Shown here: in pieces, positions 12,885 to 24,761 of the stretch
Layout: every line of letters starts with the position of its first letter
Position numbering within the stretch: the stretch's first letter is position 1
Assembly (NCBI GenBank): GCA_034780895.1
Contig: JAUZTB010000070.1
Span: forward strand, 21,913,634 to 21,977,633
Reading direction: 5' to 3'
DNA: 64,000 nucleotides
Source: Rhynchobatus australiae
Lineage: Eukaryota
Notes under the pieces: model-generated
What the model saw: the letters and a program-made list of their open reading frames with translations, nothing else
What the model was told of the DNA's origin: nothing
Databases searched by the model: none
Made by a program: the position numbers and the translations under genes

Positions 12885-13152
12885 GAACCTGCTGCTATCA
12901 GACTCTTGAATGGACCTCTAAAAGATGAACTCTTGATCTCCCAATCTACCTCGTCGTGGCTCCTGAGCTTCAGCTGTTTGCCTGCACTGCACTTTCTCTG
13001 TAATTTTAACACTTTATTCTGCATTCTGTCTTCCTTTTATTACCTCGATTTACTTATGTATGGAATGATCTGCCTGAATGGCCCGCAAACAAAAGCCTTT
13101 CACTGTAGTTCGATACAAGTGACAATAATAAACAAATACCAATACCAATACC
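12885..13152 (+). mobile_element. 3' end of a Rex/Babar- or L2-like LINE
   Basis: cctgctgctatcagactcttgaatgg...tttcactgtagttcgatacaagtgacaataataaac plus (caatac)n tail. Confidence 0.6.
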
Positions 13153-13999
13153 CAGTCTGATCCAACAGATAGTTGATCTGTCACTAGCACCGTAAGAGAA
13201 ATTCCATTGTTAGCTGACAAAAGAGGCTCGAGCATTCCAAACGTTGGCCGTGCCATTCCTCTACTGAAACCTCCCTGCAGGTTTGCTTTTTGCAGATGGG
13301 CATGTTATGCAATTCGGATTCTGGTGTCCACAGGAAGCTAAGGCAATTCTCCAAAGTCATTGACATGTATATATCCCAGGGTCTGTACATATGGTCACAG
13401 GTTTGTTGACTGCAGGACAGGGACAACCATTAGGAATGTAGCTCCAGACTGTTTTATATTGAGAACTGTGATCTTTAAAAGCAAACAAGGACAGTAATCC
13501 CAAATGACATTAGAGGAACGCGGCACCGTGTGGTATCTGTCCCTTGCCCAGTGTTCACAGCAGAGGAATGCCTGCTTATATAACCATTTTGAAACCTCAG
13601 GAAGAATGAGTCAAAAAACAGAGGAAGCTTTGTAGCTGAGCTCTAATGAAGAACCTCACACCAAGCTCAAGTCAATATTTTCATTCTTAAATTGCTGATC
13701 AACCTGCTGTGGACTTCAAATGTGTTCACATTTCTAAACCTGTAAAGATGAATTTTGTTAATGCAAAACCTCAGCAGGCCTGAATACACTGCACAACTAA
13801 AAAAGTAGTATTGAAGTTTTGTTGGAAAAAAAAATTGCACACAGTAAGATCCCACAAACAATGAATCAAACCAGCAAATCATTTGTTGCAGTGACAACAC
13901 CCTCACTCATTCACATTCACTTGAGAACACACAGGGGGCTTCTGACAGGAAGAACTAAGGTGAAAAATTGTCAGATAATTGTTTGCTTTAATAAAGAGA

Positions 14000-14500
14000 T
14001 TGATTGAGAAAGTAAAGTTATGGTAAACGTTTATAATCGCTACTTTGGTCTCAGATGGAGTATTGTGTTCAATTCTGGCTGCCACACACTTAGAAGGAAG
14101 CCAAGGCCTTGGAAGAGGAAGCAAAATTTTACTAGTAAGGTACCAAGGAAGAGGAGTTAAATGGACAGACTGGAGAAACTATGATTATATTCAGTGCAGC
14201 AAAGAAGGTTACAGGAAATGTATTACAGGTACTTGAAATTAAAAGCAGTGCAGATAGAAGAAACAAAGGAAAGTTCTCCCTATTGGAAGGAGGGTGGTTA
14301 ACCAAAGGACACAAATTTAAAATAATTGGCAAGGGAACCAGAGAGAGGTGAGGAGAATTTTAAACCAACAGTTTTAGTGGCAGGATCAGATTCAGTCGTA
14401 ACTTGCAACACGGAAAGGAAGACAAATAGCTAAGAAAGAGAGAAAAACTGCAGAGTATGTGAGGACGAGAGGGGAAGTGGGATCAATTGGATTGTAGGTT
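14000..14500 (+). mobile_element. Decayed CR1 LINE 3' fragment
   Basis: tggagtattgtgttcaattctggctgccacac (EYCVQFW.P motif) and taaccaaaggacacaaatttaaaataattggcaag. Confidence 0.75.
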
Positions 14501-14511
14501 CAAAGGCGGCA

Positions 14512-14627
14512 GAAGACATTGCAGATGCTGGAATCTGGAGCAGCAAACAATCTGCTGGAGGAACTCAATGAATCAAGCAGCACCTGTTAGGGAAAAGGAA
14601 TTGTCGATGTTTTGGGTCAAAACCCTG
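14512..14627. mobile_element. Penelope-like terminal repeat fragment ending at a gap
   Basis: ttgcagatgctggaatctggagcagcaaacaatctgctggaggaactca. Confidence 0.55.
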
Positions 14628-15629
14628 NNNNNNNNNNNNNNNNNNNNNNNNNNNNNNNNNNNNNNNNNNNNNNNNNNNNNNNNNNNNNNNNNNNNNNNNN
14701 NNNNNNNNNNNNNNNNNNNNNNNNNNNNNNNNNNNNNNNNNNNNNNNNNNNNNNNNNAACCTAACTGCACCCTTAACGGTGTAGCACTCCTCCATATTGT
14801 ATCATGAACCAGTATGGATTACACACTCAGATCTCTGGAGCTACGCTTCTACTTACAACCAGGTATGTGTAGGTTATGAAGATAATTGGCAATGCATTTT
14901 ACTACTGTGCTATTCTAAGCACTAACATTTACATGTTTCAAAAACATAAGAAAAAAGAGCAAAAGAGCCATTATGTCATCTGCTACTTAATTAAGCAGCC
15001 TTTCTATCTTAATATGGCACCACAAAATAAATCACACATAATTAGAGAATTGCCATGGGATTGCTCATAGTCAGTTGATGAATGGAGTTTTTATATACAA
15101 AATTGTGATGGCATTGGGAGAGTTTAGCAACTTGCTCCACAGTTCCGCCTACTGCCTACTGTGTTACAGGCAACAGTTTATATACAGGAGTTCCATTCTA
15201 GATGTTTACATTGGCAGTTTCCATATTAAATGCTGACACGAAAGTGCGGCCAAAAATTGCAACAGCTGGAATTTGAACAGGAAGTGTGTGATTTTTAATA
15301 ATATATGAGGAATCAGGAGCTAACGTAGTGTTCAGGTGAGACAGCGTTTGAGAGTGAACCAGCACTCACTTTCAGTTCCTGACCCGAAGCCACAACTCAT
15401 TTTTGCATTCCCATTATATATTCCTGTGTCCACACGTTCAGTGGAAAAAGCCTATGTCACCAAGAGGAGAACTGCATTCTCCTCTGAATGATGGAACTGT
15501 AGTGCCTCCATTGGAGGGTGGATTTTGACAAGCTTTCGTTGATCGTTTCCACTTTAAATATTCATGAAGGAATTTATAATGGACAAAGCTGGCAGGAAAA
15601 GAAAGGAAATATCAAGCATGTTCAAATAC

Positions 15630-15880
15630 CTGGAAGTGATAGCATAGTGGTTACGTTACTAGCCTTTTATTCAGAGGTCTGGACCTTTGATCACAGTTCA
15701 AATCCCACCATGGCAGCTGGGTCATTTAAATTCAAAGAATTAAATAAATTTGGAATTTCAAAAAAAAATTAACAGGAATGATAACCACAAAACTTCTGGA
15801 TGTCATAAAAAGCATTATGTTCCTTTCGAGAAGGAACTCTTGGATTGGCCTGCGTGATGACTTCAGATTCTTAACTAGCA
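15630..15880 (+). mobile_element. Old tRNA-derived SINE (same family as 4010)
   Basis: A box agcatagtggtt, B box agttcaaatcccaccatggcagctgg. Confidence 0.65.
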
Positions 15881-16074
15881 GTCAAAAATATCTGAATATT
15901 TAACTTTAAGATTGAAGCTTAACCACCTTTATATTGACCACATTGTCTTAGCTTCCCATGCATACAATCAACTTCTAAATTATATATATATTTTCACTGT
16001 AACTATTTTCTACTGTAAATAGTTTTCTATTGTACCTCAATATATGTGACAGTAGTAAATCAATTCCAATTCCA

Positions 16075-16470
16075 ATATTTGTTCTGGGGATGTGAACATT
16101 GGTGTCATGGCCAGTATTTAATGCAGATTTCTAGTTGCCCTTAAAACATGGTGATAAGCTTCATTTTTCAACCATTACATTTCTTGCAGTGAAGGCGCTC
16201 CACTGTTAGGTGGGGAGTTCCAAGACCTTGCTGCAACTGTGATGAGGTTATAGCAATATGTTTCCAATTCAAGTTTGTGTGTGTAACTTCGAGGGGAGCA
16301 TGCAGGTGCCCACCAGAGCCTGCTGTTCTTGACCTTTTAGATGTTAGAGGTTGTATGTTTGAGAAGTGTTGTCACAGAATGTTTAGCACATTGCATCAGG
16401 GCATTTGCAGAGGATAAACAACCGCACCCATTGTGAAGGGAGTGAATATTCAGGGTGCTGGATATTGGGA
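16075..16470 (-). mobile_element. 3' fragment of the same CR1/L2-group LINE family as 10480-12010
   Basis: ggccagtatttaatgcagatttctagttgcccttaaaacatggtg...ctccactgttaggtggggagttccaagacc (reverse of the LINE 3' region). Confidence 0.6.
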
Positions 16471-16829
16471 TTATTTTTAGGCTTAATAGAATGTTCACAG
16501 CAGTTTAAAGAACATGCTTAATTAAACAGTGAAAACCATTCAATCTTCAATTTTAGTGATGCCCTTTTTACATCCTCCAATGTCACTATAGGTAGATCTG
16601 CTCTAACATGATAGTTACGTTCCTGAGAAACCTTCTGCTATAGAAAGTTGCATTATAGCAGAATGTCATTGCCTTCAAAGCGCAGACTTTAACAGGTTTT
16701 TCTGATCGCCACCACTTTACGAACAATGCAGCCTGCATAATGCAAATAGTGTTCCCTAATCTATCAATCACATTATAACCAATTTGTGTTATGGAAACAC
16801 ACATTATAGCAGAACTACCTGCACAAAGA

Positions 16830-17070
16830 GTCATGGAATCATCAAATGCTATAAGGCAAAAGAAGGCCACTGAGCCCATCATGCTACTGCCAGTTCTTTA
16901 CGAAGTATACCAATTAATCCCTTTCTCTTGCTCTTTCTGTATAGCTCTGTGTATATTTTCCCTTTGAGTACATATCCAATTCCCTTTTGAAAGTTACTTT
17001 TCAATCTCTTTCCACTGCCCCTTGAGAGACAGTGCTTTCAGGTTCATAACAATTCACTGCATTTAAAAAC
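16830..17070 (-). mobile_element. CR1 3' end fragment
   Basis: catggaatcatc...aagaaggccactgagcccatcatg...atccaattcccttttgaaag. Confidence 0.65.
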
Positions 17071-18399
17071 AAATCGAACCACCAGTTAATACAAGGAAAG
17101 TGGCATAACTTCCTTCTAATATCTGGTCTGCACCCATTTTTGCTATCTCAAGCAGACAGCAACAGCTCAGTTTCCCCATTGCCTTGCTATCGGTTTCGGG
17201 TTATGTGGTATTATTGTAACAGAGTAATGTGTGACAGAAAACAGAACTGCAGCAGAGTTGCTTTTGAAATGCTTCATGCAGGCAGTTTTGTCTGTTACAC
17301 TGTCTTTTAAGACAGTTTTGTTATAAATTATGGGATTAATGCAATGATGCAATTCAAGTGCCATTTGCATCCAAGACTGGCTACCAGCTAACCTGCAGTG
17401 TCTCACGCACGTCACTACACTTAATGTAAAACCTTGACCACTTGTATTGATGATGCGCCAGTCAACCGTGAAGGAATCACAAGGTTGTCCAATCAGATCT
17501 TCACTGGTCAGCACAGATGCGCAGCCTTCGAGCATGAGTTGGTGGATATAACTCAGAAGTAGTAATCTGGCTGGTTTTGTAGTTTCAAAGACCTGGAGTA
17601 ATTTGGCATGCAACTAATTCACCAGAGATAAAGGGTTGGACCTGGGACTTTCCTGTTTTGCAGCAGTCAGCACAGGGGAGGTTCATGCAGCTACAGAGTC
17701 AAGAATGAGAATTTAATTAAATAGTTCCAATGTCTGCTGCATAATCAACCCACTATGTCAAACACTGTGTTCCTGGAGGATGTCCTTCCTTTCAATGATC
17801 TTGGCTGAAGATTATGCATTGAGGCAATAATTGCCCTTTCAAAGTAAATATAGGAAATTGTGCAAACATATAAGCAAAACGGTTTGCTTGCCAGAGTTTG
17901 TTTTTTTTTTCTCCCAGGCCTTCTTGTTTATGTGAAATGTGTCCCTTGTGGAGGATAGCAGGAAAATACATTTCCAGCTACTCTAAATTCAGATCATTTC
18001 TCGGGGAAAAAAACTTGGGCAACAAAGTATCCCAGAGTCCCAGGAAGAAAAATGATGAGAGTGGTGCTGGGAACAACACAGCACTCCAGCAGTTAACAAG
18101 TCACCTGATGACCCTATTCTCATTAACCAGTTCTGACACTCCTTTGTAATTCAGTCAGAACCATGTTCCATTTTGTTGCTGTTACTTAAGCAAAACATTT
18201 GTATGTTAAATATATGTAGTCGCTAATCAGGAAGGATGGAGCTAGTTTTAAATCTGGTATTTATGGTATATTTTCACTCATTAATCCAGCTACAGCAAAA
18301 TAAAATGACTCCCTTAGTCTCAGCTACTTCAAAATGACAATCCTGTTAACGCGATTTTTTTTCTCCCTCTCTTTAATGCAAATCACAATGATTTGTTTG

Positions 18400-18900
18400 A
18401 GGCAGAACAGGACAGCCGCAGAATGTCTGTTCCTACTACACTATAATTAATCCGCCCTGGCAGTGGGCAGGGCCCCAACAATCTACCCCACGTTACTTTG
18501 ATTGACACTTCGCTTCCCAGAGCCTCCGCTTCGTCGCTGCTACGCATGCGTTGCCATGTGCGCTCCCAGTACATGACGGGATTTGTAGTTCATATCGCCA
18601 CCGGTGTAATTCCAGCCACCCACCCTGCGACCACAAATCCCAGCAGCGACCGGGACAGCCTGAACAGCAAGCCGCAAACTGGAGCCGGCCAATCACTAGC
18701 CATGTTCATTTCTGATTGGCTAAAGGTGTGGGTGACCTCGGAACCCCACGTGGGAGATTCGGTCTGTGATTGGCTGGGGATTCAGGATTGTGTGTATCCA
18801 ATTGAGGGAATTCTCAAAGATGTTGCAAAGAGCAGAGAGGCGAGGTTTGCAACAGTGAGCCCGTGTTTCATTGAGTAAAACGAGCCAGTTCTTGGAATAT
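18400..18900 (+). promoter_or_regulatory. CpG-rich promoter of the TLE gene
   Basis: Local CpG enrichment against a CpG-poor background. Four CCAAT boxes (18689, 18715 rev, 18769 rev, 18798), E-box CACGTG (18747-18752), NRF1-like ACGCATGCGT (18542-18551), and two ZNF143/THAP11-type motifs (18578-18589 minus; 18630-18645 plus). No clear TATA box. Confidence 0.8.
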
Positions 18901-19434
18901 CATCCTCGATCAGATCACTTCTTCTGAAGCATGGACTTTATTTAGTAGGGGGTTTTTGTTCATTTCTTTCAAGATAGTTTCAATGTCTAAAGACATCGCT
19001 CAAACCTCGACGGCAGCTTGGACTTTATAACATTCTGAGTTAGGCTCGACAGAGGTGGACTGTGTGTACGTGTGTGTTGTTCGATGGACATCACAACATC
19101 GTGTTCCTTTGTACAGCCCTGGATTTACCCCAGCCTCGATACGCGTCCGGAGTTGGTCTGGATTTCTTGTTGATCTTCCTTCTCCACTGTGTTTTTCGGC
19201 GATGTGATCTTGAGTTGCATCTTGCCGGGGATGGTTCAGTGGTGAGAAACCGAAAGACTCTTGTTTCCCTTCTGGTGATGTTTCGAATCTGAATTATCAC
19301 CCCCGACGTTTATTCCATCCCACGACTCCGTAGAAGTCCGTTTTGGGAGCATTTCTGTGTGTGCGCCCGTGTGTGATTTTTGTTTTAAATCAAAAAAAAC
19401 ACTGGGGGAGTATTGAGAGGAACAGCATCCAAGG
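18830..19434 (+). other. Probable long 5' UTR of TLE exon 1 (TSS position uncertain)
   Basis: CpG-containing, repeat-free sequence between the CCAAT cluster and the ATG; contains 6 upstream ATG-stop ORFs. Confidence 0.55.
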
Positions 19435-19458
19435 ATGTATCCACAAGGCAGGCATCCC
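19435..19458 (+). CDS. TLE2: Groucho/TLE family co-repressor (TLE2-like), coding exon 1 (MYPQGRHP)
   Basis: aaggATG TAT CCA CAA GGC AGG CAT CCC|gtaagt: 24 nt followed by a consensus donor. MYPQGRHP is the TLE2/TLE3 N-terminus. An in-frame TGA lies 7 codons upstream. Family call is strong; paralog call is less certain. Confidence 0.93.
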
Positions 19459-20609
19459 GTAAGTACCAGTTTACTCAACAACATTGCAAATCGTAGTCGA
19501 ATGAATATCAAAGGTCTCAGATATATTCAGTGTTATGTAAAGTGAACACACGGGGAAGGAGTCTTTTACTCAATTTCTATCAATTCTGACAGGGAGCTCG
19601 CAAATTCCGGAGAGAAATGAATTAATTTAACTAATCTTGGGTCGAAATATATTTTGGTTTCTAATCCTTCTGGTATTAAATGTGATTTGAGTCCTATTCT
19701 GCGATCGTTGTAGAGACCAGCGCAGTTGTATTTCCCTGTGTAGTTAAAGGAAGAATTATGCTTTGTTGCTGAAGATCTGCCTCTTCAGGCCCGGTTTAAT
19801 TACTTGTGGGGGAGGGGAGGGAAATCCTAGTCCCTGGACATTCAGAGTACGTGCATGGTGGCGATGTTAACCGAAGCATCCTGCCCACGTCCCTTCATGT
19901 AAATACTCGAGAAATTATTTCTTTTGTGGGGTGGGGGTGTTTTTTATTTATAAACGCAGGGAAATCCAGCAGGTGGCAATGGTTAGTGGCATTTCCGCGA
20001 AGGTTTAGTTTATTTCCGTTTCTATCTTGAGTTAATCGCCTTGTCAGATGTAACCAACATATCACAGAAAATAACTTTTCTGTCTAATGAGTGTTACACG
20101 TGTAATATTCAAGCTTTGGAATGCAGAAAGCCGGATATTCCACAATTTATTTAGCCAGCAGGTTGGTAAGATCTAGACTTTGGACCTCCTTATTAGAGGC
20201 AATAGTGGTAATAGGCGAACAGAATTAAAACGGAGGAGGGAGAAGTCAAGCACTTGGATTTAACCAGATGAAATATTGGATCAGTGATTTGAATCAATAT
20301 AGAATTGCCTATAAATTCTTAAGGGAGATTGCAGAGTGATTTACTCCAGAAGGTTCCAAACTAATACTTGTTGGGCAGGGACGTGGCGAGTCTAAGAATT
20401 TTCGTTTATCTATTAAAACCTGCATTTATGTAGCACCTGCTAAAATAACATTCTTGCGATTACAGATTTGCTATCAGGAAAAATGATGCTGAATCACGGC
20501 GATTAACTGAGGCAGTTGGTCAACGAAAGTCATGGAGCATGTTTTCAGCAGGAGAAAAAGGAGGTAGAGAGGTTCAGGCAGGGTGTTTTGAAGTTGGTGC
20601 CTGGAAGTA

Positions 20610-20950
20610 TGGTTGGCAATAGAGAGGTGCAGCATGGAAACGGCCCTTCAGCCTATCCCATCTGCAATGACCATCAGTCATCCATTTTGCACTAATCCGA
20701 CATTAATCCCAGTTTTTTATTCTCTGCACGTTCTCTTCAACCTGCTCTACTCCTCATCTCCCGGATTCTACCATTCACCTACACACTAGAGGCAATTTGC
20801 AGTGGCCAGTTAACCTCCTAATCCGCACGTATTTGGAATTGTGGGAGGAAATCTGAGCACCCAGAGGAGAGCCACAGGGAGAACGTGCAAACTCCACACA
20901 GGCAGCACTCGAGGCCGGGATTGAACCTGCGCCTCTGGTGCTGGAAGGTG
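20610..20950 (-). mobile_element. HE1-like V-SINE with CR1-type tail
   Basis: gcatggaaacggcccttcagcc...ggcaatttgcagtggccagttaacct...gggagaacgtgcaaactccacacaggcagcactcgaggccgggattgaacc. Confidence 0.8.
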
Positions 20951-21079
20951 GAGTGTATTTTTAATCAAGGATTGCAGACAACACAAGGTTATAGGGCTGG
21001 AGAAGAAGGCCAGTTCGGGGTACCGTGAAGGCAAAATGGTGTTGAGGGTGGATCAGCCACCAGTTTATTGAATGGAACA

Positions 21080-21360
21080 GGCTCACTGGCTACTTGTGTG
21101 GTATAGGAGGGTGTGAAAGGGTTGGAAAACCAGAGAGGAGGAGGATTAAACTGAGTAGTTGTTTAAGTGGGAGATGGCACATGGTGCGATAGGGGAATCG
21201 AACAATGTGAGCTTGGAGATGGGTGGAGTTTTGGATGGCGTCAGGTTTGTGTGGAGTAGAATGAGAGCCCAGTAGAACAGTGCATTGGAATAGTTAAGTC
21301 TAGAGTTAACAAAGACCCATGCGAGAGCTTCAGCAGCCGATTAGCTGAAGTAGTCAAAGT
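21080..21360 (-). mobile_element. L2 LINE fragment (RT C-terminal region)
   Basis: Minus strand reads ...VFVNSRLNYSNAL..., matching the L2 'FVTSRLDYSNALL' segment. Confidence 0.65.
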
Positions 21361-21375
21361 AGAATTTAAAGGTGT

Positions 21376-21510
21376 AAGAGATTGCAGATGCTGGAATTTT
21401 TTTTAAAAAAACAAACTGCTGGAGGAACACAACAGGTTGAGCAGCATCTGTGGAGACAGGGATGGTGTACACAGGGTCTTGATCCAAAATGTCGACCTTC
21501 CCTTCGCCTC
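21376..21510. mobile_element. Penelope-like terminal repeat fragment
   Basis: gattgcagatgctggaa...gcagcatctgtggagac...agggtcttgatccaaaatgtcgac. Confidence 0.55.
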
Positions 21511-21829
21511 CAAGGTAGAATTTGAGTTTCTTCATCTAATGATAAAGCCTTTCACTTCCCCTCACCAACCTTTCTAATAGTCCCAAATAAATTGCATTGA
21601 ATTGTAATCTAGCTATCTCTCCTCCTTCACTTCCCCAACCCAGTGCCATTTATCTTGAGAGTTGGAGCTGAAACGTAAACCACTGAGAGATGGTCTTGAG
21701 TTGTGCTTTCTGCCTTGTGTTCCCACGTCATCCTGAACCATTCTGCAAAAGTAGAATTCTTTTCATCTTGTCAGTGCTATGAGGTGTGAAGGAAGGAAGA
21801 CCCATTACCCTGATGACTGCAATGACAAC

Positions 21830-22240
21830 TGCAACAGCCTCCACTTACAAAAGTGCCTTTTAAGTAGAAAACCATGCTCCTCTGTGGTGTTATCAAACAA
21901 CTCAACCACTTACGAGGAGACATTGTGGCAGATGAGCAGAAGCTTAGTCAAAGGAGTGGGCTTTAACACAGGTCACAAATGAAGAAAGAGGTTTGGTGGG
22001 GTGGGGGAAATTCTGGAGCTTAGAGCCATGGTACTTGAAGGCGATGGTGGAGTGATTAAAATTTGGAGATAAGAGGCCAAAACTGGAGGAGTGACTATCT
22101 TGTAGAGTTGTAGGACTGGAGGAGATTAGGGGTGGGGAAAGGAAAGATTGTGGCTGGATTTGAAAGCCAGGATAATTTTAAAGTTGAGTAACAGGATATA
22201 TTGGAAATAATGTAGGTTAGCAAGTATAGGGCTGATGGGT
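21830..22240 (-). mobile_element. L2-like LINE 3' fragment
   Basis: gcttagtcaaaggagtgggcttt...tggagcttagagcc...gttgtaggactggaggagatt...ggatttgaaagccaggat; related to 12100-12450 and 34600-35070. Confidence 0.55.
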
Positions 22241-22370
22241 GAATGGAATGTTCTCTGTCTACATTCATCGCACACTTGTGGTGCGTTTGGCTTCTTATTC
22301 TTTTGCTACAAGATGTGTGTAGATATCATTGTTGTAAAGGTGGATTGAACATTGTTTCTTTATCACACAG

Positions 22371-22468
22371 GCACCTCATCAGCCGGGACAGCCATTTAAG
22401 TTTACGGTGGTGGAGACATGCGATCGCATTAAGGAAGAATTTCAATTTCTGCAGGCGCAGTATCATAG
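22371..22468 (+). CDS. TLE2: TLE coding exon 2 ([33 protein letters not shown]), Q domain
   Basis: Acceptor tttctttatcacacag|GCA, 98 nt, donor CATAG|gtaaag (phase 2). Translation contains the Groucho Q-domain motif [16 protein letters not shown]. Confidence 0.96.
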
Positions 22469-23334
22469 GTAAAGCAATTATTAACCTCAGTGTTGCAGAT
22501 CAGACTGAATCCCTTTGCGGTTGCTCGAAGCAGTTAGTTTGAACCTGGCTTGCTCACTTTGTAGAGAAGGAACTTGGGATGATTTTATTGCCTTTCAAAA
22601 ATGAGTCTTCGTGAAGGTTTGCCGAATCAGAATCGTCCCAGGTTTGGTGATGGGACTGTCCCTGCAGGAATCAAAAAACAATCCGGGGACATTATAATGT
22701 ATGAAATCGCAAAATGTTGAAAACAGACAGTCAATGTTAACTTTAAATGTTAGCCCATCTTCTGACTACTCTGAGCCTGAGGAGCTTCCAAATAAATGGC
22801 TGCCAATCTAATTTGAAGGGGGGGGTGTAAGGGCTGCAAAATCCCTTTTTAATATGGCCAGTTGGATTACAAGATTTAATAGCTTCAGGAATCAGTGATA
22901 CTTTTTTTTTGTTGTGTGTTAGATACTTTAAAGTTCCAATTATGCTGCTCAAATAGATCGCTGGAGTCGTGTGAAAAGTAATTGAGGATCAGAATTCCTG
23001 TCTTCACTTAAGAATCGGGACTAATAGCTTGGTTTAATTGCATGGGTTCCATTTGGAGTCGCAAGGTTTTATGAACTCTCACACTGGGATAATCTAGCCT
23101 AACATTCCAGAGCAGTATTGAGCATTTGTTGCTTATCACTAATGATGTACTTTTGGAGATGAAAATGTGAGGTGCAGTCTGTGTCATCTGCAAGTTGAAA
23201 TGGTTAATAATTTCTATTTGTATAGCTTTAATTCAAAGAATAGCCCAAGGTCCTATTATGGGAAGCACAAAGAAATGTGTACAAAGTGATGAAGGGAGAG
23301 GCCAGTGGTGTGAGGGTAGGGTAGAGAGAGCCAA

Positions 23335-23455
23335 AGAAACAGCTGGAGATGCTCGGAATTTGTGGAAAGAAAAGCTTGAGTTAATATTTCAGGTTGAAGA
23401 CCTTTATCAGTTCAGACAAGATGCTGGCTGAGTGTCTTCAGCATGTTCTGCTTTT
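23335..23455. mobile_element. Penelope-like repeat with the best-preserved hammerhead-like core (minus strand)
   Basis: Minus strand of 23378-23413 reads gaa-CTGATAA-aggt-cttca-acct-GAAA-tattaactc. Confidence 0.55.
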
Positions 23456-24089
23456 CGGCAGAAGTGGGATTAATAAAATAGTCTGCACTATGTGAAAGGG
23501 CACAGGAAGTTGGAGAGGATGTAGGAGGAAATTCTAGAGTGTGGGTTGTTAAAGACTGCAGGCATTGTTTCTTTTTCAATGGACACCACAGCAAACATGG
23601 GATCTTGCTGTGTGCAGATGGCTGCCATATTTACCTGGAGAGTGGTTGTCACTTCTAGTCAGGGTAATCAATTGAAAGCAATGTTTTGAAGTAACTAGTT
23701 CTTTTAAGGCTGTTGAAATGGAGCAGCCATACTTAACACTAGATGCAAGCTTCCTCTTCAAAAAGTCTGAGTTACTTGGAGGGTGTTGTCTGGTTGTTAT
23801 AAACATTTCTCACTAGACTATCATAAAGATTTCAAGGAAAATATAATGATGGACAGTGTAGTGTTGATCTAATGTTTGCTGAAACTGGAAAAACAACCCT
23901 CAAGCATTTCTCCTCTGGATTTCTGTCTTAACTAATATGGAAGAAGGATTCTTAACAGTATTCCACCAGGGTGAATTATGGCTGGTTATAGTTCTGCCAC
24001 TGATAGCTGAAGCAGTTTGAGGCTCAATCAAAAAGGGTGCCTGATATGAGATGAGTATTGGTATAGAGGAAATTAGCCTGCATATATTA

Positions 24090-24485
24090 ACATGGAAGAA
24101 GCAGACCAGACAATCCAATGAGCCTGTGTTGACCCTTGAGAGCCATCCAATTAGTCCCATTCTCCTGTACTTTTCCCCAGAGCTTTGCAGGTTTTTTCCT
24201 CCATAAAATACTTACCCAGTGCTTGTGAAAGTTGCTGTTGAAACTGCCTCACTACCTTTTTCAAGCAGTATGTTCCAGATCGCCCCAACTTGCTACAAAA
24301 CAGCATTCTCCTTATCTCCCCAATGATTCATTTGTCAACTTTATGCCCTCTGATCTCCACTCCTGCCAGCAAAAACCAGTTTCTACTTATTCCGTCAAAA
24401 CCCTTTGTAATTTTGTACGCCTCTATTAAATCTCCCTGTAACCTTCTCTGCTCTAAGAAGAACAAATGCAGTTTCTCTGGCCTCT
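24090..24485 (-). mobile_element. CR1 LINE 3' fragment
   Basis: Minus translation LFFLEQRRLQGDLIEAYKITKGFD is the canonical CR1 ORF2 C-terminal motif. Confidence 0.85.
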
Positions 24486-24761
24486 TAGAAGATTTCACAA
24501 TGATGCATTGATGTCGAATCACTAAAGATGCCCAATGACACTACTGTATAAAATGCTCTGTGAGCTCTGCTTTCATGGTTGATCTGAACCTCCTTGATTG
24601 GATTACTGTGTTGTAATTCCCTGACAAGTATCCATTATCTGCTCTTTATTTACAGCTATTTATGGGTGCCAGGAACTAATGCAGAGCAGTTTTAACCTGT
24701 TCAGTGCTGAATTCTGTTATTTTCTATATACAGTTGGGTTTGATTACTTACCAGCATGCTT

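Noticed and set aside
18748-18773. Possible ER-stress element (CCAAT...CCACG on the minus strand)
   Set aside because: The spacer is 15 nt; the ERSE requires CCAAT-N9-CCACG.
18498-18878. 126-aa ORF over the promoter
   Set aside because: Non-ATG start, no recognisable domain, and it coincides with promoter motifs in GC-rich DNA.
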